NCBI GenBank assembly: GCA_002841355.1
Contig: PHFB01000002.1
Location: 275,414-307,413 of the forward strand
Direction: 5' to 3'
DNA from: Actinobacteria bacterium HGW-Actinobacteria-1
GTDB taxonomy: Bacteria; Actinomycetota; Coriobacteriia; Anaerosomatales; Anaerosomataceae
Length of the DNA: 32,000 nt
Part shown: positions 7,993 to 17,392 of the stretch, one piece after another
Position numbering within the stretch: position 1 is the first letter of the stretch
Layout of the letters: each line of letters begins with the position of its first letter
Translations under genes and position numbers: made by a program
Notes under the pieces: generated by a model
Seen by the model: only the letters and a program-made list of their open reading frames with translations
The model's database searches: none
Told to the model about the DNA's origin: nothing

Positions 7993-8751
7993 ATGGATGA
8001 GACAATTTCCAAGACCACCATCGCCATTGCGGAGATATCGGGGGCCGATAGTATCGCGGCGGCGCTGCGCTTCTGTGAGCTCAATCCCGAAGTCCACACC
8101 ATCCTCCCGTCGTACGTGCACACCGGCACGGAGTTCGGCGACTTCGGCGGCATCAAGGGCAACCTCGCGTTTCTCGGTGAAGAACTGCAGACGCGATTCG
8201 GGGTAGAACTGCTGCCGCTCAAGGAGTCCGGCAAACCGCGTCTGTGGGCCGCGCTCAACGGGAGGTTCGGGTCCGTCCTGGCCGAGCGGTACGGCACCTG
8301 GGTGCCGTGCGTCGGGTGCCACCTCTACCTGCATCTCATGCGCGTGCATCTCGCTCGGACGACCCGTGCCGCCGCCGTGATCTCGGGCGAGCGTGAGTGG
8401 CACGGCGATCGTCAGAAGCCCAACCAAGTCGCACTCGCGCTCGATGCGTACGCGGCGGTTCTGGCAAGCGTCGGGGTGGAGCTGGTGTACCCAGTTAGAG
8501 ACGCAGCCGACGGCACGCAGATCGACGAGATCCTCGGCGAGCGGTGGCCCGGTGGGTCACCGCAGCTGGAGTGCGTGCTCTCCGGCAACTACCGCGGGCT
8601 TGGCGGAGGGGAAGCTGCGCCCACGCTTCCCTCGGCATTCTTCGATGAGTTCCTGATTCCGGCGGGGACGATGCTCGCCGATGCGGTCGCGAACGGCCGC
8701 GCCAACTACGACGACATCGTCGCCAGCGCCCTTCGCGGAGCCACGGCGTGA
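7993..8751 (+). CDS. Uncharacterized protein, possibly PP-loop-like
   Basis: ORF of ~250 aa. N-terminal IAIAEISGADSIAAAL weakly resembles an SGGxDS PP-loop. It also has a conserved-looking PCVGCHLYLHLMR and VISGEREWHGDRQKPNQ. Confidence 0.6.
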   Translation: MDETISKTTIAIAEISGADSIAAALRFCELNPEVHTILPSYVHTGTEFGDFGGIKGNLAFLGEELQTRFGVELLPLKESGKPRLWAALNGRFGSVLAERYGTWVPCVGCHLYLHLMRVHLARTTRAAAVISGEREWHGDRQKPNQVALALDAYAAVLASVGVELVYPVRDAADGTQIDEILGERWPGGSPQLECVLSGNYRGLGGGEAAPTLPSAFFDEFLIPAGTMLADAVANGRANYDDIVASALRGATA

Positions 8752-10037
8752 GCAAGATCCTCCTCGTCATCCTCGACGGTCTCGGAGACCGACAGCATGC
8801 CGTACTCGGCGGGCGTACGCCGCTCGAAGCTGCCGACACGCCCAACCTCGACGCGCTTGCCTCGGCGGCGGTATGCGGCACGATGTACTCGATCGGGCCG
8901 GGTCGCGCACCAACATCGTTCCAGGCTCACTTCGCACTCTTCGGCTATCCCGCAGACGAGTATCCGGGTCGCGGTCTGCTGGAGGCCATCGGCGAGGGCA
9001 TGCCGCCCGCACCGGGCGAGGTCGTGCTGCGGGCCAGTCTGCTCTCTGCCGAGACGCGTGAAGGCGCCTTCACCGTGACGCACCGGCCCGATCCCCGGCA
9101 TGGCGAGTCCGGCCTAGCCGATATCGATCTGGACGCCGATTTCGGCGACGTGCGTGTGCGTTTCGTTCACACCGATGCGCGTCAGGGGCTTGTGTATGTG
9201 TCCTCGGCGCTGCCGCTCAGCCATCACGTGACCGATGCGGATCCCTTCCGAGAAGGCCTCCCGGTCCTTGCCGTGCAGGCCACCGAGGAGGCGCCCGACC
9301 AGGACGCTGCCGCTCGTACGGCGGACGCGCTCAATGCCTGGATGCTTGCCGCGCACGATCGTCTGGAGGCTGCCGGCCTTGTCGGCGAGTTCATGGTGAC
9401 GAAGTGGGCGGGTTCGTCGTACGTCGCACAGCCATTCCCCGAGCGCTACGGCATGAACGGCGCCGTTGTCGCCTCAGGTCCGCTCTACGCGGGGCTCGCG
9501 AGCGTCGTCGGCATGCAGCACGTCGAGACCGGCTGCGACCTACGTGACCCGCGCGCCGACCTCGAGACGCGGCTGAAGAGCGCCCTGGAGTTGCTCGGCG
9601 GCGACGTCGACTTCGTGCACGCGCACTCCAAGGCGCCCGATCACGCGGCGCACAAGAAGGATCCGGCGCGCAAGCGTGACGTGATCGAGCAGCTCGATGC
9701 GGCGCTCGGTGTGCTCGTGCGCGAGCGCCTGTGGGAGCGAGACATCATCGTGGTCGTCACCGCGGATCACGCGACGCCCTCGGCTGGGCCGCTCTACCAC
9801 TCCGGCGAGGCGGTGCCGCTGCTCATGCTCGGAGGAGCGGCCGGGAGCGACGACGTCACCACCTTCGGTGAGCGTACGTGCGCGAGGGGACAGCTTGGCA
9901 CCATCCGCGGCTCGGACCTCATGCCGCTGCTTCTCAACGCCGCCGACCGGTGCGTCTCCACCGGTGAGCGCTTCACGCGTGCGCGTCAGTGGGCGCAGCC
10001 GCGTCCCGAAGCGCTCGTGCCACTGCGCCCTCGCTAG
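8748..10037 (+). CDS. 2,3-bisphosphoglycerate-independent phosphoglycerate mutase, ApgM-like (alkaline phosphatase superfamily)
   Basis: MSKILLVILDGLGDRQHAVLGGRTPLEAADTPNLDALAS...GRAPTSFQAHFALFGYPADEYPGRGLLEA...DFVHAHSKAPDHAAHKKDP...VVTADHATPSAGPLYHSGEAVPLLM. ATGA overlap with the upstream gene. Confidence 0.9.
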   Translation: MSKILLVILDGLGDRQHAVLGGRTPLEAADTPNLDALASAAVCGTMYSIGPGRAPTSFQAHFALFGYPADEYPGRGLLEAIGEGMPPAPGEVVLRASLLSAETREGAFTVTHRPDPRHGESGLADIDLDADFGDVRVRFVHTDARQGLVYVSSALPLSHHVTDADPFREGLPVLAVQATEEAPDQDAAARTADALNAWMLAAHDRLEAAGLVGEFMVTKWAGSSYVAQPFPERYGMNGAVVASGPLYAGLASVVGMQHVETGCDLRDPRADLETRLKSALELLGGDVDFVHAHSKAPDHAAHKKDPARKRDVIEQLDAALGVLVRERLWERDIIVVVTADHATPSAGPLYHSGEAVPLLMLGGAAGSDDVTTFGERTCARGQLGTIRGSDLMPLLLNAADRCVSTGERFTRARQWAQPRPEALVPLRPR

Positions 10038-10040
10038 GCG

Positions 10041-10071
10041 CTCGGGTACACTAGGCGTAGAAGTACCCGAG
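10041..10071 (+). repeat. Intergenic inverted repeat before the flavin reductase gene
   Basis: CTCGGGTAC (10041-10049) pairs perfectly with GTACCCGAG (10063-10071), with a 13-nt loop. Confidence 0.6.
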
Positions 10072-10081
10072 AGGAGCCCCC

Positions 10082-10660
10082 ATGAAGAAGCGACTCGGTC
10101 CGAGCGACCGTTTGTACCCGATGCCGTGCCCGCTCGTGCTCGGCGGCACGATGGAGCACGCTGACGCGCTTGCGGTCGCGTGGATCGCCATCGGCGGGGC
10201 CACGCCGCCAACCGTCGTGATGGCGCTGCGCCAGTCGCGCCGCACGCTCGAGCTCATCCGCGAAACGGGTGAGTTCACCGTGAACATCCCCCGCGCAGCT
10301 GACGCGGCGGTCGTCGACTACTTCGGTATCGTGAGCGGCCACGACCACGACAAGTTCGCCGAGAGCGGATGGACGCTTGAGCCCGCCTCGGTGGTCTCGG
10401 CGCCGCTTGTGGCCGAGTGCCCGTACAACCTCGAGTGTCGCGTGCTCACCGAGGTCGACCAGGGCGGCTCACACGTGCTCGTCATCGGCGAGATCGTTGA
10501 GTCGCATGCCGAGGAAAACATCCTCGACCCGACGGGCGCCAAGGTCGACGTCGAGCTGCTCGACCCGCTCGTGTACATCGCCGGCAGCCGAGAGTACCGC
10601 CGCCTTGGCGAGAAGGTCGCCGACGCGTTCTCGATCGGCAAGACCGTGAAGCCGGAGTAG
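10082..10660 (+). CDS. Flavin reductase family protein (FMN-binding split barrel)
   Basis: YPMPCPLVLGGTMEHADALAVAWIAIGGATPPTVVMALRQSRRTLELIRETGEFTVNIP...CPYNLECRVL...HVLVIGEIV. Confidence 0.9.
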   Translation: MKKRLGPSDRLYPMPCPLVLGGTMEHADALAVAWIAIGGATPPTVVMALRQSRRTLELIRETGEFTVNIPRAADAAVVDYFGIVSGHDHDKFAESGWTLEPASVVSAPLVAECPYNLECRVLTEVDQGGSHVLVIGEIVESHAEENILDPTGAKVDVELLDPLVYIAGSREYRRLGEKVADAFSIGKTVKPE

Positions 10661-10661
10661 C

Positions 10662-12116
10662 GTGTACGAGACCGACTACATCCTCCGTCTCATCCAGCAG
10701 GTCGGCGCGATTCTTCGCCGCGCGCTTGCCGGTCGGGGTGAGACTCCCGAAGAGCAGCTGCAGAGCGCCGAGGAGGCCCTGCGGCTTGCGTCGAACTCGG
10801 ACCCGTCGTTGCTAGATGCGCTCACACCCGAGTCGGTGGTCGCGTTCCTCTCGGCGGGCGGCGAGCTCGACGCCCCTCGGGCGGTGCTGATCGCACGTGT
10901 CCTGGACGCTCGCGCGGACGCGTTCGACGCGATCGGGCAGCCTGGCAAGGCGGAGGCGCAGCGAGCGAAGTCCGATGCGCTGTTCGAGGCCGTGCGTCTC
11001 GCAAGCCCCGACGTCATCGACGAGACGCTAGCGCGACTCGACCGACTCGGATTGGAGCAGCTGGGACTTGATGATCGGGTGCGGGCCCTGGCTGCCGAGC
11101 ACGAGGCGCGCGGGCTGCGCCTGGCGCGGGTGATGCGCTCCGATCGCGGCTCGGTGCTGGCGAACTCCGATGACGGCGTCATCCGGATCGAGCCGTCACC
11201 GCGCCTCTATCGCGACTTGACGATCGACGAGCTTCCCGCCGTCGGCGACTGGGTGATGTACGACCCGGATTCGACCCACGAGAACTCGTTCATCGAAGCC
11301 GTGCTGCCGCGATCAAGTGCCTTCATGCGTGGCGACTCCGGCAAGCTCGGCACATCGCGCGTGCTTGCCGCCAACGTGAACACCATCTTCGTCGTCCACC
11401 CCATTGCCGAGGGACCCAACCTGCGGCGCATCGAACGCGAGCTTACGCTCGCATGGGAGAGCGGCGCCGTCCCGGTCGTAGTGCTCACCAAAGCCGATCT
11501 CTCCGAGGACGCGGAGGCAGCGCGCGCAGCGGTCGCCGAGGTAGCGCTCGGTGCCGACGTGCTCGTGACAAGCGCGATCGACGGGACCGGGACCGATGCG
11601 CTTGATGTCTATGTTGGTCCCGGGCGTACGGTTGCGCTCGTTGGCCCATCGGGAGCTGGCAAGTCCACGCTCATCAACCTGCTCACCGGCACCGATAGTC
11701 AGGCCACGGCCGAGGTGCGTGCCACCGACGGTAGGGGTCGCCACAAGACAGTCGCCCGCGAGATCGTGCCGCTGCCAGGCGGCGGCGTTCTCGTCGACAC
11801 TCCGGGTCTGCGTGCGGTCGCGCTCACGGAGGCCGAGGAGGGCGTCGCAACCGCGTTCGCGGATATCGAGGAGCTGGCATTGGATTGTCGCTTCAGCGAC
11901 TGCAGTCACTCAGGGGAGCCCGGGTGTGCGGTGGCTGCTGCGATCGAGGCGGGGAGTCTTCCAGCCGAACGCCTGGAGTCGTACCACAAGCTCCAGCGTG
12001 AAGTGCAGGTGGCCGTCGCGAAGGTCGACATCCGAGCACGCGCTGAGGAAGCGCGAAAGGACAAACAGCTCGCCAAGACCATCCGGCGGTTTCAGAAGGA
12101 GCGCGGCCGGGACTGA
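10662..12116 (+). CDS. rsgA: Ribosome small subunit-dependent GTPase RsgA with additional N-terminal domain (DUF6483-like)
   Basis: The C-terminal ~350 aa have GTPase motifs VVLTKADLSE, LVGPSGAGKSTLINLL, DTPGLR and a zinc-knuckle-like DCRFSDCSHSGEPGCAV. The N-terminal ~135 aa MYETDYILRLIQQVGAILRRAL... is not part of RsgA. Confidence 0.9.
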   Translation: MYETDYILRLIQQVGAILRRALAGRGETPEEQLQSAEEALRLASNSDPSLLDALTPESVVAFLSAGGELDAPRAVLIARVLDARADAFDAIGQPGKAEAQRAKSDALFEAVRLASPDVIDETLARLDRLGLEQLGLDDRVRALAAEHEARGLRLARVMRSDRGSVLANSDDGVIRIEPSPRLYRDLTIDELPAVGDWVMYDPDSTHENSFIEAVLPRSSAFMRGDSGKLGTSRVLAANVNTIFVVHPIAEGPNLRRIERELTLAWESGAVPVVVLTKADLSEDAEAARAAVAEVALGADVLVTSAIDGTGTDALDVYVGPGRTVALVGPSGAGKSTLINLLTGTDSQATAEVRATDGRGRHKTVAREIVPLPGGGVLVDTPGLRAVALTEAEEGVATAFADIEELALDCRFSDCSHSGEPGCAVAAAIEAGSLPAERLESYHKLQREVQVAVAKVDIRARAEEARKDKQLAKTIRRFQKERGRD

Positions 12117-12200
12117 CGTCGGGGTGGCCGTTTCGATGGCCACGCAACGGGTATGAGCGATGGAATGTGTCACGCGACACCTGGGGAGGGTGGTCGAGCG

Positions 12201-12935
12201 ATGCCGTCACCTGCCGAGCGCGATGATGTCGTGATCCTTGAGCGCGCGAGCAAGATCTACCGCATGGGCGAGGTCGACATTCCTGCATTGCGCAACGTCG
12301 ATCTGCGCATCCCGCGTGGTGAGTTCGTAGCGGTCGTCGGTCCGAGCGGCTCGGGAAAGACCACGCTCCTCAACCTTCTGGGCGGACTCGACACGCCAAC
12401 GCACGGCACGATCGTGGTCGACGGCGTAGACCTCACCGGCTTCTCGGAGCGGCAGCTCACGCTCTTTCGCCGGGAGAAGATCGGCTTCGTCTTCCAGTTC
12501 TTCAACCTCATCCCGACCCTCACTGCCGAGGAGAACGTGCAGTTCGCCATCGAACTCGCGTCGCGCGACGGCGTGCCGCCTGATACGAACCCTGCGCACC
12601 TGCTCGCGAAGGTCGGCCTCGGCGAACGGCTCCACCACTTCCCATCGCAGCTCTCGGGAGGCGAGCAGCAGCGCGTGGCGGTGGCCCGGGCGCTCGCAAA
12701 AGACCCCGTTCTCGTGCTCGGCGACGAGCCCACAGGCAACCTGGATTTCCGGACCGGCAAGCTTGTGCTCGGCGCGATGAAGGAGATGAATCGCGAGGGC
12801 AAGACAGTCATTCTCGTCACGCACAACACGCCGCTTGCGCGCGTTGCCGACCGCATCCTTCATATCCGCGACGGGCAGATCGTGGAGCAGGAGATCGTGG
12901 AGAACCCGATCGAACCCGACGACATCGTGTGGTGA
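12201..12935 (+). CDS. ABC transporter ATP-binding protein (LolD/MacB-type)
   Basis: VVGPSGSGKTTLLNLLGGLDTPTHG, QLSGGEQQRVAVARAL, VLGDEPTGNLD, VTHNTPLARVADR. Confidence 0.95.
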   Translation: MPSPAERDDVVILERASKIYRMGEVDIPALRNVDLRIPRGEFVAVVGPSGSGKTTLLNLLGGLDTPTHGTIVVDGVDLTGFSERQLTLFRREKIGFVFQFFNLIPTLTAEENVQFAIELASRDGVPPDTNPAHLLAKVGLGERLHHFPSQLSGGEQQRVAVARALAKDPVLVLGDEPTGNLDFRTGKLVLGAMKEMNREGKTVILVTHNTPLARVADRILHIRDGQIVEQEIVENPIEPDDIVW

Positions 12936-15322
12936 GTCCGATGCGCGTGCCGATGCTCGTTCTCAAGACGTGGCGCGACATCCTTGCCCGCAAGGGACAG
13001 TTCGCCGCGCTCATCGTGCTCGTGGCGCTCGGCATCACGAGCTACGTCGGGTTCGTGGACGCATACCGCAACCTGAGCGCCTCGGCCGACAACGCGTACG
13101 AAGCGCTCAAGATGGCGGACTTCACGGTGAGCGTGAGCGGCGCGCCCACCAACGTCATCAGCAAGGTCGAGGCGGTCCCCGGGGTGAAGGCCGCCGAGGC
13201 GCGCCTCGTCGTCGACACCGGCATGGATATCACCGAGGACAATCAGGGCACGGTGCGCGTGATCGGCGTGCCGGTGGAGCACCGGCCTGCGGTGAACGAT
13301 CTTCTTGTGGAACAAGGGCGCTACCTGTCGAGCGAGGACGGCGTTGCGGGACTCCTTCACACACGTTTCGCGCGGGCGACCGGCCGGATGACCGGCAGCA
13401 AGCTCCGGCTCCGGGTGAGCGGGAGCGCGATCGACGTCCCGATCAAGGGCGTGGTGGCAAGCGGCGAGTACATCTTCCCCGTGCGCAGCAAGGGTGAGAT
13501 TCCTGCTATCGAGGAGTTCACGATCCTCTACATGCCAGCGCACGAGGTGGAGCGTATCTTCCGCAGGCAATCGCAGGTCAACGACATCGCGGTCATCGTC
13601 GAACCAGGCGTCGACGCGGAGCACGTCGCCGCCCGCGTGAAGGACGTGCTTGAGCCGTACACGGTACTGCAGACAGTGCAGCGAGCGGATCAACCCAGCT
13701 ACTCGGCGCTTGGCGAGGAGATCAAGCAGAACCAGTCCATCGCAGCAGTCATGCCGCTGCTCATCCTCGTCATCTCGGTGCTCTCGCTCTACATCGCGCT
13801 CTCGCGGCTTGTGCAGTCGCAGCGTGGCGAGATCGGACTTGCGAAGGCGCTCGGCTACAGCAACGGAGCCATCCTGGGCCACTACCTGCTCTTCTCGGTG
13901 ATCATCGCCGCCGGTGGTGCGATTCTCGGCTTCCTTGGCGGATGGTGGCTGGGGAACTACACGACGCAGATGTACATCGACCTGCTTCACATCCCGTACC
14001 TGGAGAAGAACATCTACCCCGACGTGATCGGAGCGGCGCTCCTCATGAGCGGTTTCGTGTGTGTGAGCGCGGGCATCGTGCCTGCGTTCGCGTCGGCGCG
14101 CATCGCGCCTGCGAAGGCCATGCACTCGGATCCGAACCTCGCGGTCAAAGGCGGGCGGCTACCGCTGGTGGAGCGGATGTTCGGGTGGGCGATGCCGAAG
14201 TCGTTCGTGTTCCGTATGCCGCTGCGCAACGTCTTCCGTCAGCGACGGCGCAGCTTCTACACCGTCATCGGAATCGCGTTCGCGGTGCTCCTCACGTTCG
14301 CGACCATGGCGATGTTCGACTCGGTCAACTGGCTCCTCAACGACTACTTCGAGGTGAGCGAGCGGTGGGACATCTCGGCGGTGTTCGAACGGCCGGTGAC
14401 TGACGCGCAGGTTCGTGAGGTCTCTCGGTGGGAGGGCGTGAAGTCGTTGCAGCCCGCGCTCGCGGTGCCTGTGAAGCTTGAGAGCGGGTCGGTCACGCAC
14501 GAGGGCGCGATCACGGCCATGGCGTCGGACGCGACGTTCCACGGGTTCAAGATCCTTGCCGGTGATGATGCTGCCACCGCGCTCGCGCACGACGGCCTTA
14601 TGATGCCGGAGATCCTCGCCGAGAAGCTTGGTGTCTCGGTGGGCGACCGTATCACGGTTGACACGCCGTACCGCGAAGAAGACGTGACGTTGGTGGTACG
14701 CAGCATCACCAATGAAGCGCTCGGCACACCGATGTACACGAGCCTGGACTCGGGCCGCGAACTCATCGGTAGCAGCAGCCGGCAGTACAACGCGCTCTAC
14801 ATCACCACGTCCGCCCGGTACGAGCAGCGTCTCAAGGATGACCTCTACGACTTGCCGGGTGCCTCGCAGGTGATGGTCAGGAGCCAGGTCGTCGCCATGT
14901 TCACCGACATGATGTCGTTCACATACTTCTTCTTCGGCCTGCTGCTGGCGTTCGGGTTCCTGATGGGGTTCGTGGTCATCTACACGACGTTCACAGCGAA
15001 CGTCCTGGAGCGCACGCGCGAGATCGCGACCATGCGCACGATCGGAGAGGATACCGGTCACCTCGCGGTCATGGTGACGATCGAGAACCTGCTCCTTGCG
15101 CTCGCGGGTATACCGCTGGGGCTCTGGCTAGGCGTCCAGGTGGCGCGGGCGATGATGGACTCGCTCACGGGCGAGACGTACAACTTCCCGCTCACAATCT
15201 ACCCGCAGACGTGGTGGTACGTCGTGATAGCGTCGGTCGCGGTGCTGTTGTTCTCGGAGATCGCGCCGATCCGTCGCATCCTGCGCCTAGATCTTGCCGA
15301 GGCGACGAAGGTCATCGAGTAG
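12929..15322 (+). CDS. FtsX-like ABC transporter permease
   Basis: Two FtsX-like permease regions: AVMPLLILVISVLSLYIALSRLVQSQRGEIGLAKALGYS and FTANVLERTREIATMRTIGEDTGHLAVMVTIENLLLALAGIPLG. Alternative ATG start at 12941. Confidence 0.92.
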   Translation: MVSPMRVPMLVLKTWRDILARKGQFAALIVLVALGITSYVGFVDAYRNLSASADNAYEALKMADFTVSVSGAPTNVISKVEAVPGVKAAEARLVVDTGMDITEDNQGTVRVIGVPVEHRPAVNDLLVEQGRYLSSEDGVAGLLHTRFARATGRMTGSKLRLRVSGSAIDVPIKGVVASGEYIFPVRSKGEIPAIEEFTILYMPAHEVERIFRRQSQVNDIAVIVEPGVDAEHVAARVKDVLEPYTVLQTVQRADQPSYSALGEEIKQNQSIAAVMPLLILVISVLSLYIALSRLVQSQRGEIGLAKALGYSNGAILGHYLLFSVIIAAGGAILGFLGGWWLGNYTTQMYIDLLHIPYLEKNIYPDVIGAALLMSGFVCVSAGIVPAFASARIAPAKAMHSDPNLAVKGGRLPLVERMFGWAMPKSFVFRMPLRNVFRQRRRSFYTVIGIAFAVLLTFATMAMFDSVNWLLNDYFEVSERWDISAVFERPVTDAQVREVSRWEGVKSLQPALAVPVKLESGSVTHEGAITAMASDATFHGFKILAGDDAATALAHDGLMMPEILAEKLGVSVGDRITVDTPYREEDVTLVVRSITNEALGTPMYTSLDSGRELIGSSSRQYNALYITTSARYEQRLKDDLYDLPGASQVMVRSQVVAMFTDMMSFTYFFFGLLLAFGFLMGFVVIYTTFTANVLERTREIATMRTIGEDTGHLAVMVTIENLLLALAGIPLGLWLGVQVARAMMDSLTGETYNFPLTIYPQTWWYVVIASVAVLLFSEIAPIRRILRLDLAEATKVIE

Positions 15323-15342
15323 GCGGGTTCGTTGCGAGGCGA

Positions 15343-15537
15343 CTAGCGTCGCGGCCTGCCGAACCCTGTCTCGTACGCCGTTCCAGCGACGATGCCAAGC
15401 GCCGATCCGAGAAGCAAACCCAGCAGCATGCTGCCGATGAGCTCCCCGAAAACGACGCCAAGACCTGCGCCGACGACGACGGCGATGCCGACATTCATCG
15501 CGGCGGTGCTGTGCTTTGTGTTCGTGGTCTTCTCCAC
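15343..15537 (-). CDS. Small Gly-rich membrane protein
   Basis: MEKTTNTKHSTAAMNVGIAVVVGAGLGVVFGELIGSMLLGLLLGSALGIVAGTAYETGFGRPRR. Hydrophobic glycine-zipper-like segment. Confidence 0.55.
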   Translation of the reverse strand: MEKTTNTKHSTAAMNVGIAVVVGAGLGVVFGELIGSMLLGLLLGSALGIVAGTAYETGFGRPRR

Positions 15538-15606
15538 GGCCGGTTCCCCTCTGGCCCTCGTGGATCGATATGCGGTCCTCAGCCGCGACTATTCAGTTCG
15601 ACTTAA

Positions 15607-15635
15607 GAAGGCTCACTCCTGCTTAATGAGCCTTC
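15607..15635 (-). terminator. Hairpin terminator candidate downstream of the MBL gene
   Basis: GAAGGCTCA-ctcctgcttaa-TGAGCCTTC, 9-bp perfect stem, just past the MBL stop codon on the minus strand. Confidence 0.6.
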
Positions 15636-15659
15636 GACTTCGGTGAACGGTGGTCCTCT

Positions 15660-16517
15660 CTAGAGTGTGCGCCACCAGCCAGCATGCTCGCGCACAAAGA
15701 ACTCGATCAGTCCCTGATCGAGCAGCTCGCCGAGGAATCCTTTGACGGTCGTCACCGCGAGCCAGTAGCTGGCCGGGTTCTCGGAGAGGCCGCGCGCCTC
15801 CGACACGAGCGCTACCGCCTGTTCCGTTGTCTTCTCGATGCTGAGCCTCTCGAGCAGAAGCTCCTCGATCAGTGCGAGTTGCGTCAGGTGGTAGTCGACG
15901 TGCGCTCCGACCTCGGCACGTTCGATCGGGCGGCCGTGTGCCGGGACTACCCACGAACACTCGACGCTGCGGATCGTCTCGAGCGACGTTGCGACCATGC
16001 CGGGGTCGATAGCGTACGGTAGCGGATGACGTTCCCAGAGTTCAGTAAGGTACAGCGCGTCACCCGTGAACAGCACGCCGTCGAGCGTAAGGAAGCCCGT
16101 GTGGCCCATGGTGTGGCCGGGGAGCGGAATCGTCGTGGCGCGTGAGTCGCCCCAGTCCTCCAGGTACTCGTCGACCTCGCAGGGCACGCCCCGGAAGAGT
16201 TTGGTCGTGAGCGCGTCACCTGGCTTCGCCCACGAGAACATGCCGCGGATGTTGATGTCCGGGTTCTCCACGAGCGATGCGTCATCCCGTGCGGCCGCCA
16301 CGCGGGAGCCGTTCGCACGAAGGACATGCGCAACGGCGAAGTGGTCGGCATGTCCGTGTGTGATGCCGAGCAGATCGATATCGGCCACCGCGTACGGTGC
16401 GTCGTCCTCGCATGTGTCGATGGCGAGTCCGCGCACGAACCCGGCATTGGTCAGTCCGGGAACCACGTAGGTATCGCCGACAAGGTGCCGCGCGTTGTAC
16501 GGGATGTTCGAGTCCAT
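15660..16517 (-). CDS. MBL fold metallo-hydrolase (glyoxalase II-like)
   Basis: LLGITHGHADHFAVAHVLR, IPLPGHTMGHTGFLT, LFTGDALY, WVVPAHGRPIE. Canonical metal-binding motifs. Confidence 0.9.
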   Translation of the reverse strand: MDSNIPYNARHLVGDTYVVPGLTNAGFVRGLAIDTCEDDAPYAVADIDLLGITHGHADHFAVAHVLRANGSRVAAARDDASLVENPDINIRGMFSWAKPGDALTTKLFRGVPCEVDEYLEDWGDSRATTIPLPGHTMGHTGFLTLDGVLFTGDALYLTELWERHPLPYAIDPGMVATSLETIRSVECSWVVPAHGRPIERAEVGAHVDYHLTQLALIEELLLERLSIEKTTEQAVALVSEARGLSENPASYWLAVTTVKGFLGELLDQGLIEFFVREHAGWWRTL

Positions 16518-16549
16518 GGTCCGAGTATGAGCCGCCGATGCCGTTCCGA

Positions 16550-17383
16550 CTAGGCGGGGCGCACGGCATGAACCGTCACGCTGCGGAAGAGCTGCGCGGC
16601 AGCGATCGCCTCGTCATGCGTCACGCCGGCGTCAGTGCCGAACGCGGCCAGAAGGTCCTCGGCTTCATCCTCGCAGGTGGCGTACGCGGACTCCGAGACG
16701 ACGCGCACGTCCTCGAATCCAGCATCGCGTGCGGCCGCAAGGTACTCGTCCAGCACCATCGCTCCACCAAGACACGCCACGTATGCGCCCACCGAGCTGC
16801 GTGCAGCATCCGGCAGAGGAGCGGTGGTGACGATATCGGAGACCGAGATGCGTCCGCCCGGCTTGAGGACCCGCAACGCCTCGGCGAAAGCCTTCGACTT
16901 GTCTGGAACCAGATTGATGACGCAGTTCGAGATGACGAGGTCGGCCGTGCAATCCTGCACCGGTAGCGCCTCGATCTCCCCGAGACGGAACTCGACGTTG
17001 TCCATGCCCGAGCTTCGTGCGTTTCGGCGGGCGAGGGCGATCATCTCGGGTGTCATGTCGACGCCGATAACGCGCCCTTCGGGTCCTACGCGCTTGGCAG
17101 CCACGAAGCAGTCGATGCCGCCGCCGCTACCGAGGTCGACGACCACCTCGCCGGGCTGCACTGATTCGAGCGCGAGTGGATTGCCACAGCCAAGTCCCAG
17201 GTCGGCGTCGGCGGGAATGGCTGAGAGGTCGTCAGCGTTGTAGTCGGCGAGGACCTCGGCAGAACTTGCTGAAGAGCCGCAGCACGACGTACCGCCGCCG
17301 CAGCACGACGTCTTCGTCTTGGCGTGGCCTGCATACCTGTCGCGCACAGCTTCCTTGATCGATGTCGCATCGTGGTCGCTCAT
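16550..17383 (-). CDS. arsM: Arsenite methyltransferase-like SAM-dependent methyltransferase
   Basis: CCGGGTSCCGSS N-terminus, LGLGCGNPLALESVQPGEVVVDLGSGGGIDCFVAAKRVGPEGRVIGVDMTPEMI, CTADLVISNCVINLVPDKSKAFAEALRVLKPGGRISVSDIV. The ArsM pattern of conserved cysteines is present. Confidence 0.88.
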   Translation of the reverse strand: MSDHDATSIKEAVRDRYAGHAKTKTSCCGGGTSCCGSSASSAEVLADYNADDLSAIPADADLGLGCGNPLALESVQPGEVVVDLGSGGGIDCFVAAKRVGPEGRVIGVDMTPEMIALARRNARSSGMDNVEFRLGEIEALPVQDCTADLVISNCVINLVPDKSKAFAEALRVLKPGGRISVSDIVTTAPLPDAARSSVGAYVACLGGAMVLDEYLAAARDAGFEDVRVVSESAYATCEDEAEDLLAAFGTDAGVTHDEAIAAAQLFRSVTVHAVRPA

Positions 17384-17392
17384 GATGTCTCC

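Noticed and set aside
7993-8751. PCVGCH read as a heme c CxxCH motif
   Set aside because: The protein has no signal peptide or TM segment and appears cytosolic, so covalent heme is unlikely.
12860-14125. 421-aa minus-strand ORF
   Set aside because: Antisense to the FtsX-like permease, low-complexity RHDERR-rich composition, no recognizable motifs.
14159-15061. 300-aa minus-strand ORF
   Set aside because: Opposite-strand artefact of the permease gene.
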